From a virus, in IMG/VR virus record IMGVR_UViG_3300045988_117002: a stretch of 64,000 nt of DNA; one strand, given 5' to 3'. This document shows, in pieces, positions 9,357 to 17,040 of this stretch; within the stretch, counting starts at the first letter, position 1; each line of letters begins with the position of its first letter. A program made the position numbers and the translations under genes. The notes under the pieces were generated by a model, which did no database searches, had not been told where the DNA came from, and saw nothing but the letters and a program-made list of their open reading frames with translations.

Positions 9357-9454
9357 AACATATTAGATTATTCCAGTAATCTTCTATGTTGTGTGTTGTA
9401 AGGATCTTATCTCATATGGTGTTCCAGCACCGAGATAAGATCCTTACTTTTTTT
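9357..9454 (+). ncRNA. candidate ~100-nt sRNA convergent with the MazF operon
   Basis: Promoter at 9322-9350. Perfect 16-bp terminator stem gtaaggatcttatctc(9398-9413)/gagataagatccttac(9432-9447) followed by T7 (9448-9454). Only a 31-codon ORF inside. Confidence 0.45.
9398..9454 (+). terminator. rho-independent terminator
   Basis: 16-bp perfect stem plus TTTTTTT. The T-run is on the plus strand only. Confidence 0.75.
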
Positions 9455-9538
9455 ATTCTTGTGAAGATGTTTATATGATATACCAAACATTTGTTTGTGT
9501 CAATACTTTCCAGAACATTTGTTTGTATTTTTTCGATT

Positions 9539-9817
9539 TTATATTTTCATATGTCCCTTCTCAGCAAATAATATTGTTTTCTCTTTATTTTTATCTTGTG
9601 TTTTTAACGTAGACATTATGAAGTTTCTATTATATGTGATTGGAAGTCCAGTTGTAATAGCTTTAATTCCACAAGTTACACTTATTGGAATAGCTTCACA
9701 ATCAGGCGATCTCGTATCTAAATCAAATGAGGAAAATAACACATTCTCTCCACCGTTTTTCTTATACTCAGTTAATAATCTTATAGCTTCATCTACGGAC
9801 ACAATTCTTCCACTCAT
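9539..9817 (-). CDS. hypothetical protein, translationally coupled downstream of the MazF-like gene
   Basis: 92-aa ORF; 4-nt overlap with the stop of 9814..10203. Confidence 0.55.
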   Translation of the reverse strand: MSGRIVSVDEAIRLLTEYKKNGGENVLFSSFDLDTRSPDCEAIPISVTCGIKAITTGLPITYNRNFIMSTLKTQDKNKEKTILFAEKGHMKI

Positions 9818-10203
9818 GCTAATTCCTCCACTCTGATTTTCTTTTTACCATATAAGTTTGCAAGGAAACATTTTTCTACTAAAAGTCTATCCTCTTCATT
9901 GTCAATATTTCCCCATTTTTCAACTACATCACGCTTATCAATGGTAAAAATCTGTTCCCCTAAAACCATTGAGTCACATTTTAAACCATTAGATTTACTA
10001 GCTTTAATTACTTCGTGAGTGGGCTGCTCAACCTTTTTGATTTTACTGGTCAAGCACATGACAATCAAAGTAGGAGCAAACTTATTTCCAGAATCATTCT
10101 GGATTACAACAACAGGTCTTTCGATCTGCTGAACGTGTGATTTAGCTGATGTATTAACATTTGTTTTGACATAAAGAATATCAAATATATTAAACTCCAT
10201 CAT
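9814..10203 (-). CDS. mazF: MazF/EndoA (PemK) family endoribonuclease toxin
   Basis: ERPVVVIQNDSGNKFAPTLIVMCLTSKIKKVEQPTHEVI...DSMVLGEQIFTIDKRDV aligns nearly residue-for-residue with the remembered B. subtilis EndoA core [38 protein letters not shown]...DSVILLEQIRTIDKQRL. Confidence 0.85.
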   Translation of the reverse strand: MMEFNIFDILYVKTNVNTSAKSHVQQIERPVVVIQNDSGNKFAPTLIVMCLTSKIKKVEQPTHEVIKASKSNGLKCDSMVLGEQIFTIDKRDVVEKWGNIDNEEDRLLVEKCFLANLYGKKKIRVEELA

Positions 10204-10241
10204 ATCGTGTGTGCAGCTCCTTTCTTTATCTTATGTACCCC

Positions 10242-10270
10242 ATTATAGCGTATAGACTATATATTGTCAA
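10242..10270 (-). promoter_or_regulatory. consensus sigma-A promoter of the MazF operon
   Basis: Minus strand: TTGACA (complement of 10265-10270), 17-nt spacer, TATAAT (complement of 10242-10247). Confidence 0.7.
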
Positions 10271-10282
10271 GACTATATATTG
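10254..10282. repeat. 13-bp direct repeat x2 (AGACTATATATTG), candidate operator pair
   Basis: Identical copies at 10254-10266 and 10270-10282, separated by TCA. They overlap the -35 boxes of both divergent promoters. Confidence 0.7.
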
Positions 10283-10308
10283 CAAAAAATAAATATTTTT
10301 GTTATAAT
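10280..10308 (+). promoter_or_regulatory. sigma-A promoter of the XRE regulator gene
   Basis: TTGCAA (10280-10285), 17-nt spacer, TATAAT (10303-10308). Confidence 0.7.
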
Positions 10309-10336
10309 CAATTCATCAAATTTTGGAGGTATCACA

Positions 10337-10546
10337 ATGAAAGTAATCCTCAAAGAAACCCTTGAAAAACAGGGTAAATCACAATATTGGCTTGCAAAAG
10401 AGACAGGTATAGCTCAATCTACATTGAGTAATCTTTGTGCCAATAAAACAAGTAAAATTGATTTTCTTGTGTTGCAAAAAATCTGTAATGCTCTTGATTG
10501 TGATATTACAGACATAATTTCTGTCAAAGAAAGCGATGACAAATAG
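10337..10546 (+). CDS. XRE/Cro-CI family HTH transcriptional regulator
   Basis: ATG at 10337, 7 nt after TGGAGGT. QYWLAKETGIAQSTLSNLCANK is a classic HTH_3 helix-turn-helix. The track's longer TTG start (10280) would begin inside the promoter. Confidence 0.8.
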   Translation: MKVILKETLEKQGKSQYWLAKETGIAQSTLSNLCANKTSKIDFLVLQKICNALDCDITDIISVKESDDK

Positions 10547-10590
10547 TCATCGCCTACATAGTCATTGCTTAAAAGCAACCTTTCATCCAG

Positions 10591-11135
10591 TTATTCCAAA
10601 TCATTGATAAGTTTCTTAACCCTATCAATTTCTTCTGTTGTATGTGGTGTTCCACCTGCGTTCATGTCAATGTACCACTGTAATACTTCTTTCTCTGTTT
10701 TCAGATTATTTACATGAATAATTAATGTATTTGTATTCAAATGCCTTGGATCTTCATATTCTCTATAATAAGAATTAACACTTTAATCTCATTATTTATA
10801 AATCTCTGAATGGAAGTTAATCTCTGTAAACCATCTACACAAACAAAATCTTTATATGTATCTGGCTTTATGTTATTCATGTTCCAGTCCATCCAAAATG
10901 GATCATTGAAATAGACATCATTACCAGATTTACCACCTTTGAGAAAAAACTCTAACCACGCAATCTGTTGTTCCTCCGTCCATACATGTCCTCTCTGGAA
11001 ATCTGGATTAAGTTGCAAATTATATTCTTTAATGTTTTCTTCAATCCATATAGATACTCTACGAATATCCATATTCACATGATAGCTTGCATCTCTTGTA
11101 AATTGTGGTATATCCTTAAATTTTGTATACTTCAT
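10591..11135 (-). pseudogene. short DUF262 (ParB-like) gene interrupted by a single frameshift
   Basis: ORF 10737..11135 carries DFQRGHVW...FVCVDGLQRLTSIQRFINNEIKV, then runs into nonsense (LILIIENMKIQGI*). A second frame opens at 10780-10782 and reads SVNSYYREYEDPRHLNTNTLIIHVNNLKTEKEVLQWYIDMNAGGTPHTTEEIDRVKKLINDLE* (stop 10591-10593). Confidence 0.6.
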
Positions 11136-11278
11136 GATATAATCCTTTCTGATCTTAATGTTGTTTCAATCGCAATAGCGGTACACCCAATAACATTTGC
11201 TATCTCTTCAAATGATTTGCCATCTTTATACATTTTCTTAATATTTTCAATATCATTATAAGTAAACCAATTTTCCAA
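11132..11278 (-). CDS. small HTH protein (49 aa)
   Basis: TTG start 5 nt after GAGGTGA. Hand translation (M)ENWFTYNDIENIKKMYKDGKSFEEIANVIGCTAIAIETTLRSERIIS. ATGA overlap with the DUF262 gene. Confidence 0.5.
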   Translation of the reverse strand: MENWFTYNDIENIKKMYKDGKSFEEIANVIGCTAIAIETTLRSERIIS

Positions 11279-11306
11279 TTGTATCACCTCACTTGAAAGC
11301 TGGATT

Positions 11307-11612
11307 TCAGCGTTGTTTCTCTATCGGAAGCTCAAATCTATCTGGAAATAATCTATCATCAAGTAGTGAAGATATTCTTATTTCAGTTTCCTTATATTTT
11401 CCATCTTTTGTAAATATTCTATTGCTATCGGAATCGTTTGCAATACGGAAAATATATTCTGTCTCCCTATCACCATCACAAATTATAGCAATGCCTTTAA
11501 CTGCTCCAATTCCATTTTGCTTTTCATATTTTTGCAATTTTTCAATTATCTCTCTTGTACTTGCTACTTTTGAACCAAACATAATACCTCCATGAAAGTC
11601 GAATTTCATCAT
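11307..11612 (-). CDS. hypothetical protein
   Basis: 101-aa ORF from the track; its start overlaps the stop of the upstream 50-aa ORF (ATGATGA). Confidence 0.55.
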   Translation of the reverse strand: MMKFDFHGGIMFGSKVASTREIIEKLQKYEKQNGIGAVKGIAIICDGDRETEYIFRIANDSDSNRIFTKDGKYKETEIRISSLLDDRLFPDRFELPIEKQR

Positions 11613-11761
11613 TCTCCAATAATAATTGGTCTATAAATAACATCCACATTCTTTAAAAGTTCCAATGCTTCATCACACGCTTTCCAAGCATCACTTAATT
11701 TTTTATATCGTCCTAAATAAATACTACCTTTAGGAGCATAATTAATGTAACTTGTATACAT
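11609..11761 (-). CDS. hypothetical protein (50 aa)
   Basis: GGAGAA RBS. Hand translation MYTSYINYAPKGSIYLGRYKKLSDAWKACDEALELLKNVDVIYRPIIIGE. Confidence 0.4.
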   Translation of the reverse strand: MYTSYINYAPKGSIYLGRYKKLSDAWKACDEALELLKNVDVIYRPIIIGE

Positions 11762-11785
11762 ATATTCTCCATTATTTAATATACT

Positions 11786-12007
11786 TTATTTATTCTCTTT
11801 ATACCATAAATCAGCAATTGCATGAGTTAATTCAATTTGTAACATCCATGTTGTATTTGATCCAAAGTCTTCATTATAAGCCTTTCTAATCTTGTCTAAA
11901 TCTGTATCTGAATCAAAGAATCCCATTTCCTCTACTTTAAGAAATTCTCCATACAATTTTACCAGTTCTTCTTTTGATTTAGTTTCAAAAATATTAACAT
12001 GTCCCAT
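11786..12007 (-). CDS. hypothetical protein; intact paralog of the pseudogene at 18635..18862
   Basis: 73-aa ORF with TGGAGGT RBS. The decayed copy elsewhere in the window argues that this one is a real gene. Confidence 0.65.
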   Translation of the reverse strand: MGHVNIFETKSKEELVKLYGEFLKVEEMGFFDSDTDLDKIRKAYNEDFGSNTTWMLQIELTHAIADLWYKENK

Positions 12008-12030
12008 ATATTATACCTCCAAATCTGTCA

Positions 12031-12414
12031 TCATAAAATTTTATTCCACAATGATACTTTAATAATTTCATCTATTTCTTTATCTGTAATTGGTAACAAT
12101 TTTTTAACTTCTTTTCTACCTATATCTGAAAAACATAACGCCTCCATATACGCATCCATAGATATCAATAAATGTCTTTCTTTTAGTATAGGTACTCTCT
12201 TTAACATTCCAAGATGATCGTCCTCTTCTATAACGCACATTCGCATATTATTTTTTACTACAATATAAATAACTTCGTAAATGTCTAATTTCTCACCAGG
12301 TTCTCTGTTATCATAATAATTGATAAGCTCATTAATATCTTCTTTGTGTCCCACAAAAAACAACTTTCCATCTGGAAATCCAATAGAAAAAGTACCTATA
12401 TTAAGCATATTCAC
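12031..12414 (-). CDS. hypothetical protein
   Basis: 127-aa ORF; GGAGGTGTG RBS immediately upstream. Confidence 0.6.
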   Translation of the reverse strand: MNMLNIGTFSIGFPDGKLFFVGHKEDINELINYYDNREPGEKLDIYEVIYIVVKNNMRMCVIEEDDHLGMLKRVPILKERHLLISMDAYMEALCFSDIGRKEVKKLLPITDKEIDEIIKVSLWNKIL

Positions 12415-12459
12415 ACCTCCATAAAATCAGTCATTCATCGTATTATTCTACGTTTATAA

Positions 12460-13623
12460 TTATAAATTTATAATTGCAGGGTGTGAATATGCACCCACTA
12501 TCTCATTTGTAGTTACATTTGAGAATACTTTTCTCATAATTTGAAATGCACCATTAACATCCGCATTGATATATTCTCCGTTATTACTCTTAAATAATCC
12601 ACGTTTAATACGTCTTGATTTATTATAATTTTCTTTTATTGGTAACTCATTATCAAGAAAACTCGTTCCTGATGTATAGCTTTCTTCTGTCTTAATCAAG
12701 TTAATTCCAACGCTTTCACATTTATATTCAAGCTTATTGATAAATGTTTCGTATGGAATATACACAAAATTTTGATTAGTAACTTTATTCATTTCAGAAT
12801 TTTGTTTCCATTTATCGTTCTTTCCTATAACAATCGTACCAATATCGTATTTTATACAATAATTGACAATATATTTACTTGCACAGTGCATAAGGTATTC
12901 CATCTTGAAATATCTTTTATCTGTTAATTTTTGCATTTGTTTTGTCCAGTTAAGATCGTTTACTGTTTTGGCAATACTTCTTAATCTCGACATTTTCTTA
13001 TTCCAATATTGATTATAAGATTTTATTCCTTTGCCATTTATAACAATAGAAGATTCTCCTATGTTATTTACAATTGTTACAAAGTTATTTAATCCCAAGT
13101 CAATTGCAGCAATTCTATTACTGTTTAATTGGTAAATGTTTCCATCATCCTCATAAACAATTTCAATAATATAACAACCACCTTTAGGAATAATTCTTGT
13201 TGATAAATGATGTCCTTTTACATTTGATTTAATCAAATTGTTATAAGGTTTCATTCTCTTAAAAGCAAAATATAAATATCCATCTTTAATATGTGTTTGC
13301 ATGTTAGTTAATGTACAAGTAAATCTTCCATCTTTCTTCTTATAAGCAGGAATTTTCGGTTTTCCTAAATATTTTTCTGGATGTAATGTATAATCTTTTA
13401 CAGCTACAAGAAATGATTTCCACGATTTACATAATATTTTTGTAACCATTTGAGCAGAATTTGATCCTAACTCTTTAAATGCATCTGTACTTTTCAATTC
13501 TTTATTCAAGTCCCCATATTTTTTAATTTTTTGAGTTTTAAAAAATTCTTGACGGATAGTATAGTTGCAAAGATTATACATATTCTTTGATAAATAACAT
13601 AACTCATCACATATTTGAAACAT
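12460..13623 (-). CDS. tnpB: TnpB-like RuvC-fold protein (IS200/IS605-IS607 OrfB family)
   Basis: RuvC-I AAIDLGLNNFVT, RuvC-II INLIKTEESYTSGTS and RuvC-III INADVNGAFQIMRKV. No CxxC zinc finger between II and III. The reading frame stays open about 60 nt upstream of the ATG without a canonical start. Confidence 0.8.
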   Translation of the reverse strand: MFQICDELCYLSKNMYNLCNYTIRQEFFKTQKIKKYGDLNKELKSTDAFKELGSNSAQMVTKILCKSWKSFLVAVKDYTLHPEKYLGKPKIPAYKKKDGRFTCTLTNMQTHIKDGYLYFAFKRMKPYNNLIKSNVKGHHLSTRIIPKGGCYIIEIVYEDDGNIYQLNSNRIAAIDLGLNNFVTIVNNIGESSIVINGKGIKSYNQYWNKKMSRLRSIAKTVNDLNWTKQMQKLTDKRYFKMEYLMHCASKYIVNYCIKYDIGTIVIGKNDKWKQNSEMNKVTNQNFVYIPYETFINKLEYKCESVGINLIKTEESYTSGTSFLDNELPIKENYNKSRRIKRGLFKSNNGEYINADVNGAFQIMRKVFSNVTTNEIVGAYSHPAIINL

Positions 13624-13678
13624 TTGATGATTTCTATTTATTACATGTCGTTCTACATTTTGTATATTATCACCTCTA

Positions 13679-13828
13679 TTATTTCTTCTTTACAATCTTA
13701 GTCACTTCTCCAACACTTATACAGAATCTTTTGGCAACATTTTTCTTGTCACCACTTCTATTATAAGCATTCACAATATCATAGTATGTAAATTCTTTCT
13801 CAACTGGTTTATTCATAAAGCTATCCAT
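13679..13828 (-). CDS. small HTH protein (49 aa)
   Basis: Hand translation MDSFMNKPVEKEFTYYDIVNAYNRSGDKKNVAKRFCISVGEVTKIVKKK. Lies between the integrase and tnpB on the same strand. Confidence 0.5.
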   Translation of the reverse strand: MDSFMNKPVEKEFTYYDIVNAYNRSGDKKNVAKRFCISVGEVTKIVKKK

Positions 13829-13889
13829 AATCTATATACCTCCAAAATCTTTCTATAATATACTTCTCTGTTTGTTTCATTAATTACTC

Positions 13890-14714
13890 CTATTCTATCA
13901 TATCTGAATCATCTTGTGGACATAAATAATCTTCTGGTGTTTCTTCTTCATTCGAGAAAATGCACATTCTTTCCTGGTTTTTAAATATTTCTTCATCAGT
14001 GATACAAATATATCTTAAAGTAATACGCATATCAGAATGTCCGAAGATTGTCATAAGCTGTATCAGAGCCTGTTGTTTGTCTGGTGCTGCTAAATAATAA
14101 CTATGTCCAAAAGTCTTACGAAGTCCATGAGTACCAATAGACTGTTTAATACCTGCTTTTATTCTATTCCTCTCAACAGTTCTATACCATGTCATTTCTC
14201 CAATATGTTCACCTTTATTAGAAGAAAAAATATAATCAGTTAACTCAGGAGTTTCATTATGATCTTCTAACCACTTATGCCAATTCTGAATAGCCATTTT
14301 AAAGTCACTGTCATATCTTAATTTGACATATTTTCTTTTAATTACATTTCCACATCTATCTCTACGCTCTGTTTTTTCTGGAACAAACTTCTGTGACTTT
14401 TTAATTCTCCATCCATCTTCATATACATCTTTCCATGTGAGTTTGCAAAAATCCCCACCACGCAATCCAATATTGATTGCACATATGAACATTGTAAGAT
14501 TTCTCATAGCGTTCTTTTCTTTATTAACAGTAGTTGCATTATCAACATCTGTTTTAAACACATTATATACAGATAAAATTTCATCCTTAGTATACAAGCA
14601 TTCCATCTCTGTTGACTTCCCACGCCGTAATGTTTTCTGTTTTGGGAAGTTGTATATCGTTGCTTTCTGTTTTTGATTGATATAACACGACTGTTGGATT
14701 GCTAAAGCTGGCAT
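13890..14714 (-). CDS. tyrosine recombinase (short, catalytic-domain type)
   Basis: Catalytic signature GLRGGDFCKLTWKDV (Arg I), THGLRKTFGHSYY (H-x-x-R), IFGHSDMRITLRYI (His/Tyr). Confidence 0.85.
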   Translation of the reverse strand: MPALAIQQSCYINQKQKATIYNFPKQKTLRRGKSTEMECLYTKDEILSVYNVFKTDVDNATTVNKEKNAMRNLTMFICAINIGLRGGDFCKLTWKDVYEDGWRIKKSQKFVPEKTERRDRCGNVIKRKYVKLRYDSDFKMAIQNWHKWLEDHNETPELTDYIFSSNKGEHIGEMTWYRTVERNRIKAGIKQSIGTHGLRKTFGHSYYLAAPDKQQALIQLMTIFGHSDMRITLRYICITDEEIFKNQERMCIFSNEEETPEDYLCPQDDSDMIE

Positions 14715-14734
14715 AATTCCACCTCCTAACTATT

Positions 14735-15127
14735 TTATTTCTTCCAATATCCGTATAAGCAACAATCACCAGAGTCCCATTTATCATAGAAATTTCCATC
14801 AACTGATGCAACTGCGTGATTTGCCACGCTTAAAAAGTATGTACCTTCTTTATGTTCTTTTGTAAAGCTTTCTACCGTAGGACGTTTAGATCCTTTCTTA
14901 TTACTAATCCCTACATACTCAAAACCATGTTCCTCTAAGTATCTCTTGCAACATGGCTTGCTATTTGGATTACACTGTATATCTCTTGCAATCGGAATCA
15001 ATTCATCAAATACTTCTAACCATGTTTTGTTCATTACCTTGCATAATGCACGAATAACACAATCACTTTGTTCATCTTTTTTGTCTTTATCATTCGGATT
15101 AAAGTGCATATAATGTTTACTTGTCAT
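14735..15127 (-). CDS. hypothetical protein, possible Cys/His peptidase-like fold
   Basis: Track ORF 14735..15205. I prefer the ATG at 15125-15127 (MTSKHYMHF...), 7 nt after AAGGAGAA. Conserved-looking SDCVIRAL ... ANHAVASVDG ... DKWDSG spacing. The peptidase call is speculative. Confidence 0.5.
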   Translation of the reverse strand: MTSKHYMHFNPNDKDKKDEQSDCVIRALCKVMNKTWLEVFDELIPIARDIQCNPNSKPCCKRYLEEHGFEYVGISNKKGSKRPTVESFTKEHKEGTYFLSVANHAVASVDGNFYDKWDSGDCCLYGYWKK

Positions 15128-15146
15128 TTGATTTTTCTCCTTATCA

Positions 15147-15173
15147 CCGGGGATTATTCCCCGGTATTTTTTT
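15147..15173 (+). terminator. GC-rich hairpin with T-run on the plus strand only
   Basis: CCGGGGA-ttat-TCCCCGG (15147-15164) followed by TATTTTTTT. On the minus strand it sits between two genes without a U-tract. Confidence 0.4.
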
Positions 15174-15513
15174 ACTTTAACGCCTCTACAAATTTGCACA
15201 TCCATTTTTCAGATACGTTTCCAGCAATGATATAGTTAAGATTTTCCATAATTTCATCAATATCATAATTTCCAAACAGATCTGCCTTCTTGATATTATC
15301 CATCTTTAATTCAATTAATTCAGAAAAATTAACTTCAACGGAATCTTTAATAATTTTTGTAATAGTAAGAAGCTTTGATAAATCTTCTATTGCCTTATTC
15401 CAGTCATCGTCTGGTTTATCGGCATAGAAATAAACCTCCATATCATACTCTTTGTCGCATACCGTAATCTCTGCTCCGTTTTCTCTTAATTTAATATAAT
15501 CATATAACTTCAT
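15172..15513 (-). CDS. hypothetical protein
   Basis: 113-aa ORF; AAAGGAGAT RBS; first gene after the promoter at 15546-15574. Confidence 0.6.
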   Translation of the reverse strand: MKLYDYIKLRENGAEITVCDKEYDMEVYFYADKPDDDWNKAIEDLSKLLTITKIIKDSVEVNFSELIELKMDNIKKADLFGNYDIDEIMENLNYIIAGNVSEKWMCKFVEALK

Positions 15514-15545
15514 TTCTGGTATCTCCTTTCTCTTAACTTGATTAT

Positions 15546-15574
15546 ATTATAGCATTAGTACCATTGTATTTCAA
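15546..15574 (-). promoter_or_regulatory. sigma-A promoter with operator-like repeat in the spacer
   Basis: Minus strand: TTGAAA (complement of 15569-15574), 17-nt spacer, TATAAT (complement of 15546-15551). Confidence 0.65.
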
Positions 15575-15634
15575 TAGGCATTAGTACCAATATTCATAGT
15601 TATTATTTGTTATATTTATACAATAGTACCATTG
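15554..15634. repeat. three copies of (A)TTAGTACCA(T/A)T(G), candidate operators
   Basis: attagtaccattg at 15554-15566, attagtaccaat at 15580-15591, aatagtaccattg at 15622-15634. Confidence 0.6.
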
Positions 15635-15644
15635 CATTTCTTGT

Positions 15645-15673
15645 ATAAAAATAAGACACCTATTAAGATGTCT
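15645..15673 (-). terminator. rho-independent terminator after the RHH gene
   Basis: Minus strand: agacatc-ttaata-ggtgtct (7 bp including one G.U) followed by TATTTTTAT. Confidence 0.55.
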
Positions 15674-15682
15674 CATTTCTAA

Positions 15683-15870
15683 CTATCTCTTTCCATTTTT
15701 TCTTTAATAGCTTGCCTTATGAAACCTGCTTTTGTATATCCCTTTTCTTCACAATAAGTCGCAAGAGTAGCAGCTTCTTCTTTTGGCATAGACAGTTTAA
15801 CTTGTGCATATGCCTTTTTAAAATAACGCTCATTGGCTTCTTTTTTTGCTTTTGATACTGTTATCTTAAC
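15683..15870 (-). CDS. ribbon-helix-helix (CopG/Arc-like) protein, start codon unclear
   Basis: Open frame ..KITVSKAKKEANERYFKKAYAQVKLSMPKEEAATLATYCEEKGYTKAGFIRQAIKEKMERDS*, similar in pattern to the RHH ORF at 38833..39021. GGGAGG lies upstream, but no ATG/GTG/TTG occurs before Met-27. Confidence 0.45.
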
Positions 15871-16034
15871 CGCCTCCCATCATATCTCTTCTTATTATAA
15901 AGGAAATCTGCTCACGTAGCAAGTAATTATTTATCCGTTTTAACCGCATATCACCGCATTTATACGGTGATTTACGTCCGTTACCACTGAAAAGTCCTAT
16001 AAGTACTTATAACTTTTTCCATGAAATGTCTGTT

Positions 16035-16349
16035 TTAACTTTTCATCAAATCATCTACTGAATCAAAAAGTTTCAAATCATCATCTAAATTTTCATGAAC
16101 CCCATGATGATAAGCAAATCCTCCAATCCATTCAATAACTTCTTTTCTGTTTTGTAAATAATCTTCTTTTCGCATCTTTCTAACGTCATGTAATCGTTCA
16201 CTTGTTACCGATCCATTCCTCGTAAAAATCGTACAGTAACAATATCCGTCTTCTACAAAATCATGTAGTAAATGACAAGGATACCAGGATTTACCAATCC
16301 TAAACTCATACATATGATTATAATTTCCGTTAGCTTGTTCAACAGTCAT
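16035..16349 (-). CDS. hypothetical protein
   Basis: Track ORF 16035..16397. Start moved to the ATG at 16347-16349 (MTVEQANG...), after GGTGA. This removes the overlap with the upstream gene. Confidence 0.55.
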   Translation of the reverse strand: MTVEQANGNYNHMYEFRIGKSWYPCHLLHDFVEDGYCYCTIFTRNGSVTSERLHDVRKMRKEDYLQNRKEVIEWIGGFAYHHGVHENLDDDLKLFDSVDDLMKS

Positions 16350-16354
16350 TCTTA

Positions 16355-16564
16355 TCACCATCCAATCACACAATATCCATTTACGATTCCAACACAATTA
16401 TTTGATATAGATGTAATTTTAAAACATGCTTCTTTATTAGGTTGTATACTATAAAAGCAGATCATATCTCCAATCATATAATCATTATTTTGAGTAATTA
16501 CGTAACTTTTTATACCACTGATAATACAATCATATTCTTCTGACTGTATCTTTAATTTATGCAT
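16355..16564 (-). CDS. ASCH/DUF3850-like (PUA-fold) small protein
   Basis: MHKLKIQSEEYDCIISGIKSYVITQNNDYMIGDMICF matches the remembered DUF3850 pattern HeLKi.p.yF..i.sG.K..EiR.nDR.y.vGD.l. Confidence 0.5.
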   Translation of the reverse strand: MHKLKIQSEEYDCIISGIKSYVITQNNDYMIGDMICFYSIQPNKEACFKITSISNNCVGIVNGYCVIGW

Positions 16565-16763
16565 TTTCGGTTTTCTTATCATGTATATTTTCCTTTATTC
16601 CAAGATAATAATGATGAGTATCTTCTTTTATTTGTTCATCTTTTCTATAAATTCCATAACCATTTTGTTTATCAATAAACTTATATCCGTCTGGAATTTT
16701 ATCAACCAATTCTACCTTCAAATTATTTTCATTAATTTGAAATTCTTCAAAACCTATTACCAT
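16557..16763 (-). CDS. hypothetical protein
   Basis: 68-aa ORF from the track; GGAGGAAT RBS upstream. Confidence 0.5.
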   Translation of the reverse strand: MVIGFEEFQINENNLKVELVDKIPDGYKFIDKQNGYGIYRKDEQIKEDTHHYYLGIKENIHDKKTENA

Positions 16764-16797
16764 AATTCCTCCGATCTAATTTTATGAAATGCATGTT

Positions 16798-17040
16798 TTA
16801 TTGTAATTTGACCAAATCATAACTATTTACTGACATATCAATGATTTGTTGACCATCCCATTGTACATAAACAAATCCATCTGAGTAATAATGGAGTCCT
16901 TTTATAACAGTTCCATCTATATATTCTGTTGTATGATCATGTCTGTTTTTATATTTTCTTACTCGATCTCCCTTTCTTAAACACTTCCAATCTTTATTTT
17001 CTACCAACCACATACCCCTTTCATGAAAACAATCTTTCAA
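16798..17040 (-). CDS. hypothetical protein
   Basis: 80-aa ORF; 4-nt overlap with the upstream gene. Confidence 0.5.
   Translation of the reverse strand: MKDCFHERGMWLVENKDWKCLRKGDRVRKYKNRHDHTTEYIDGTVIKGLHYYSDGFVYVQWDGQQIIDMSVNSYDLVKLQ

Noticed and set aside
10280-10336. The TTG start at 10280 for the XRE regulator.
   Set aside because: It would place the first 19 codons inside the gene's own promoter. An ATG at 10337 with a TGGAGGT RBS fits better.
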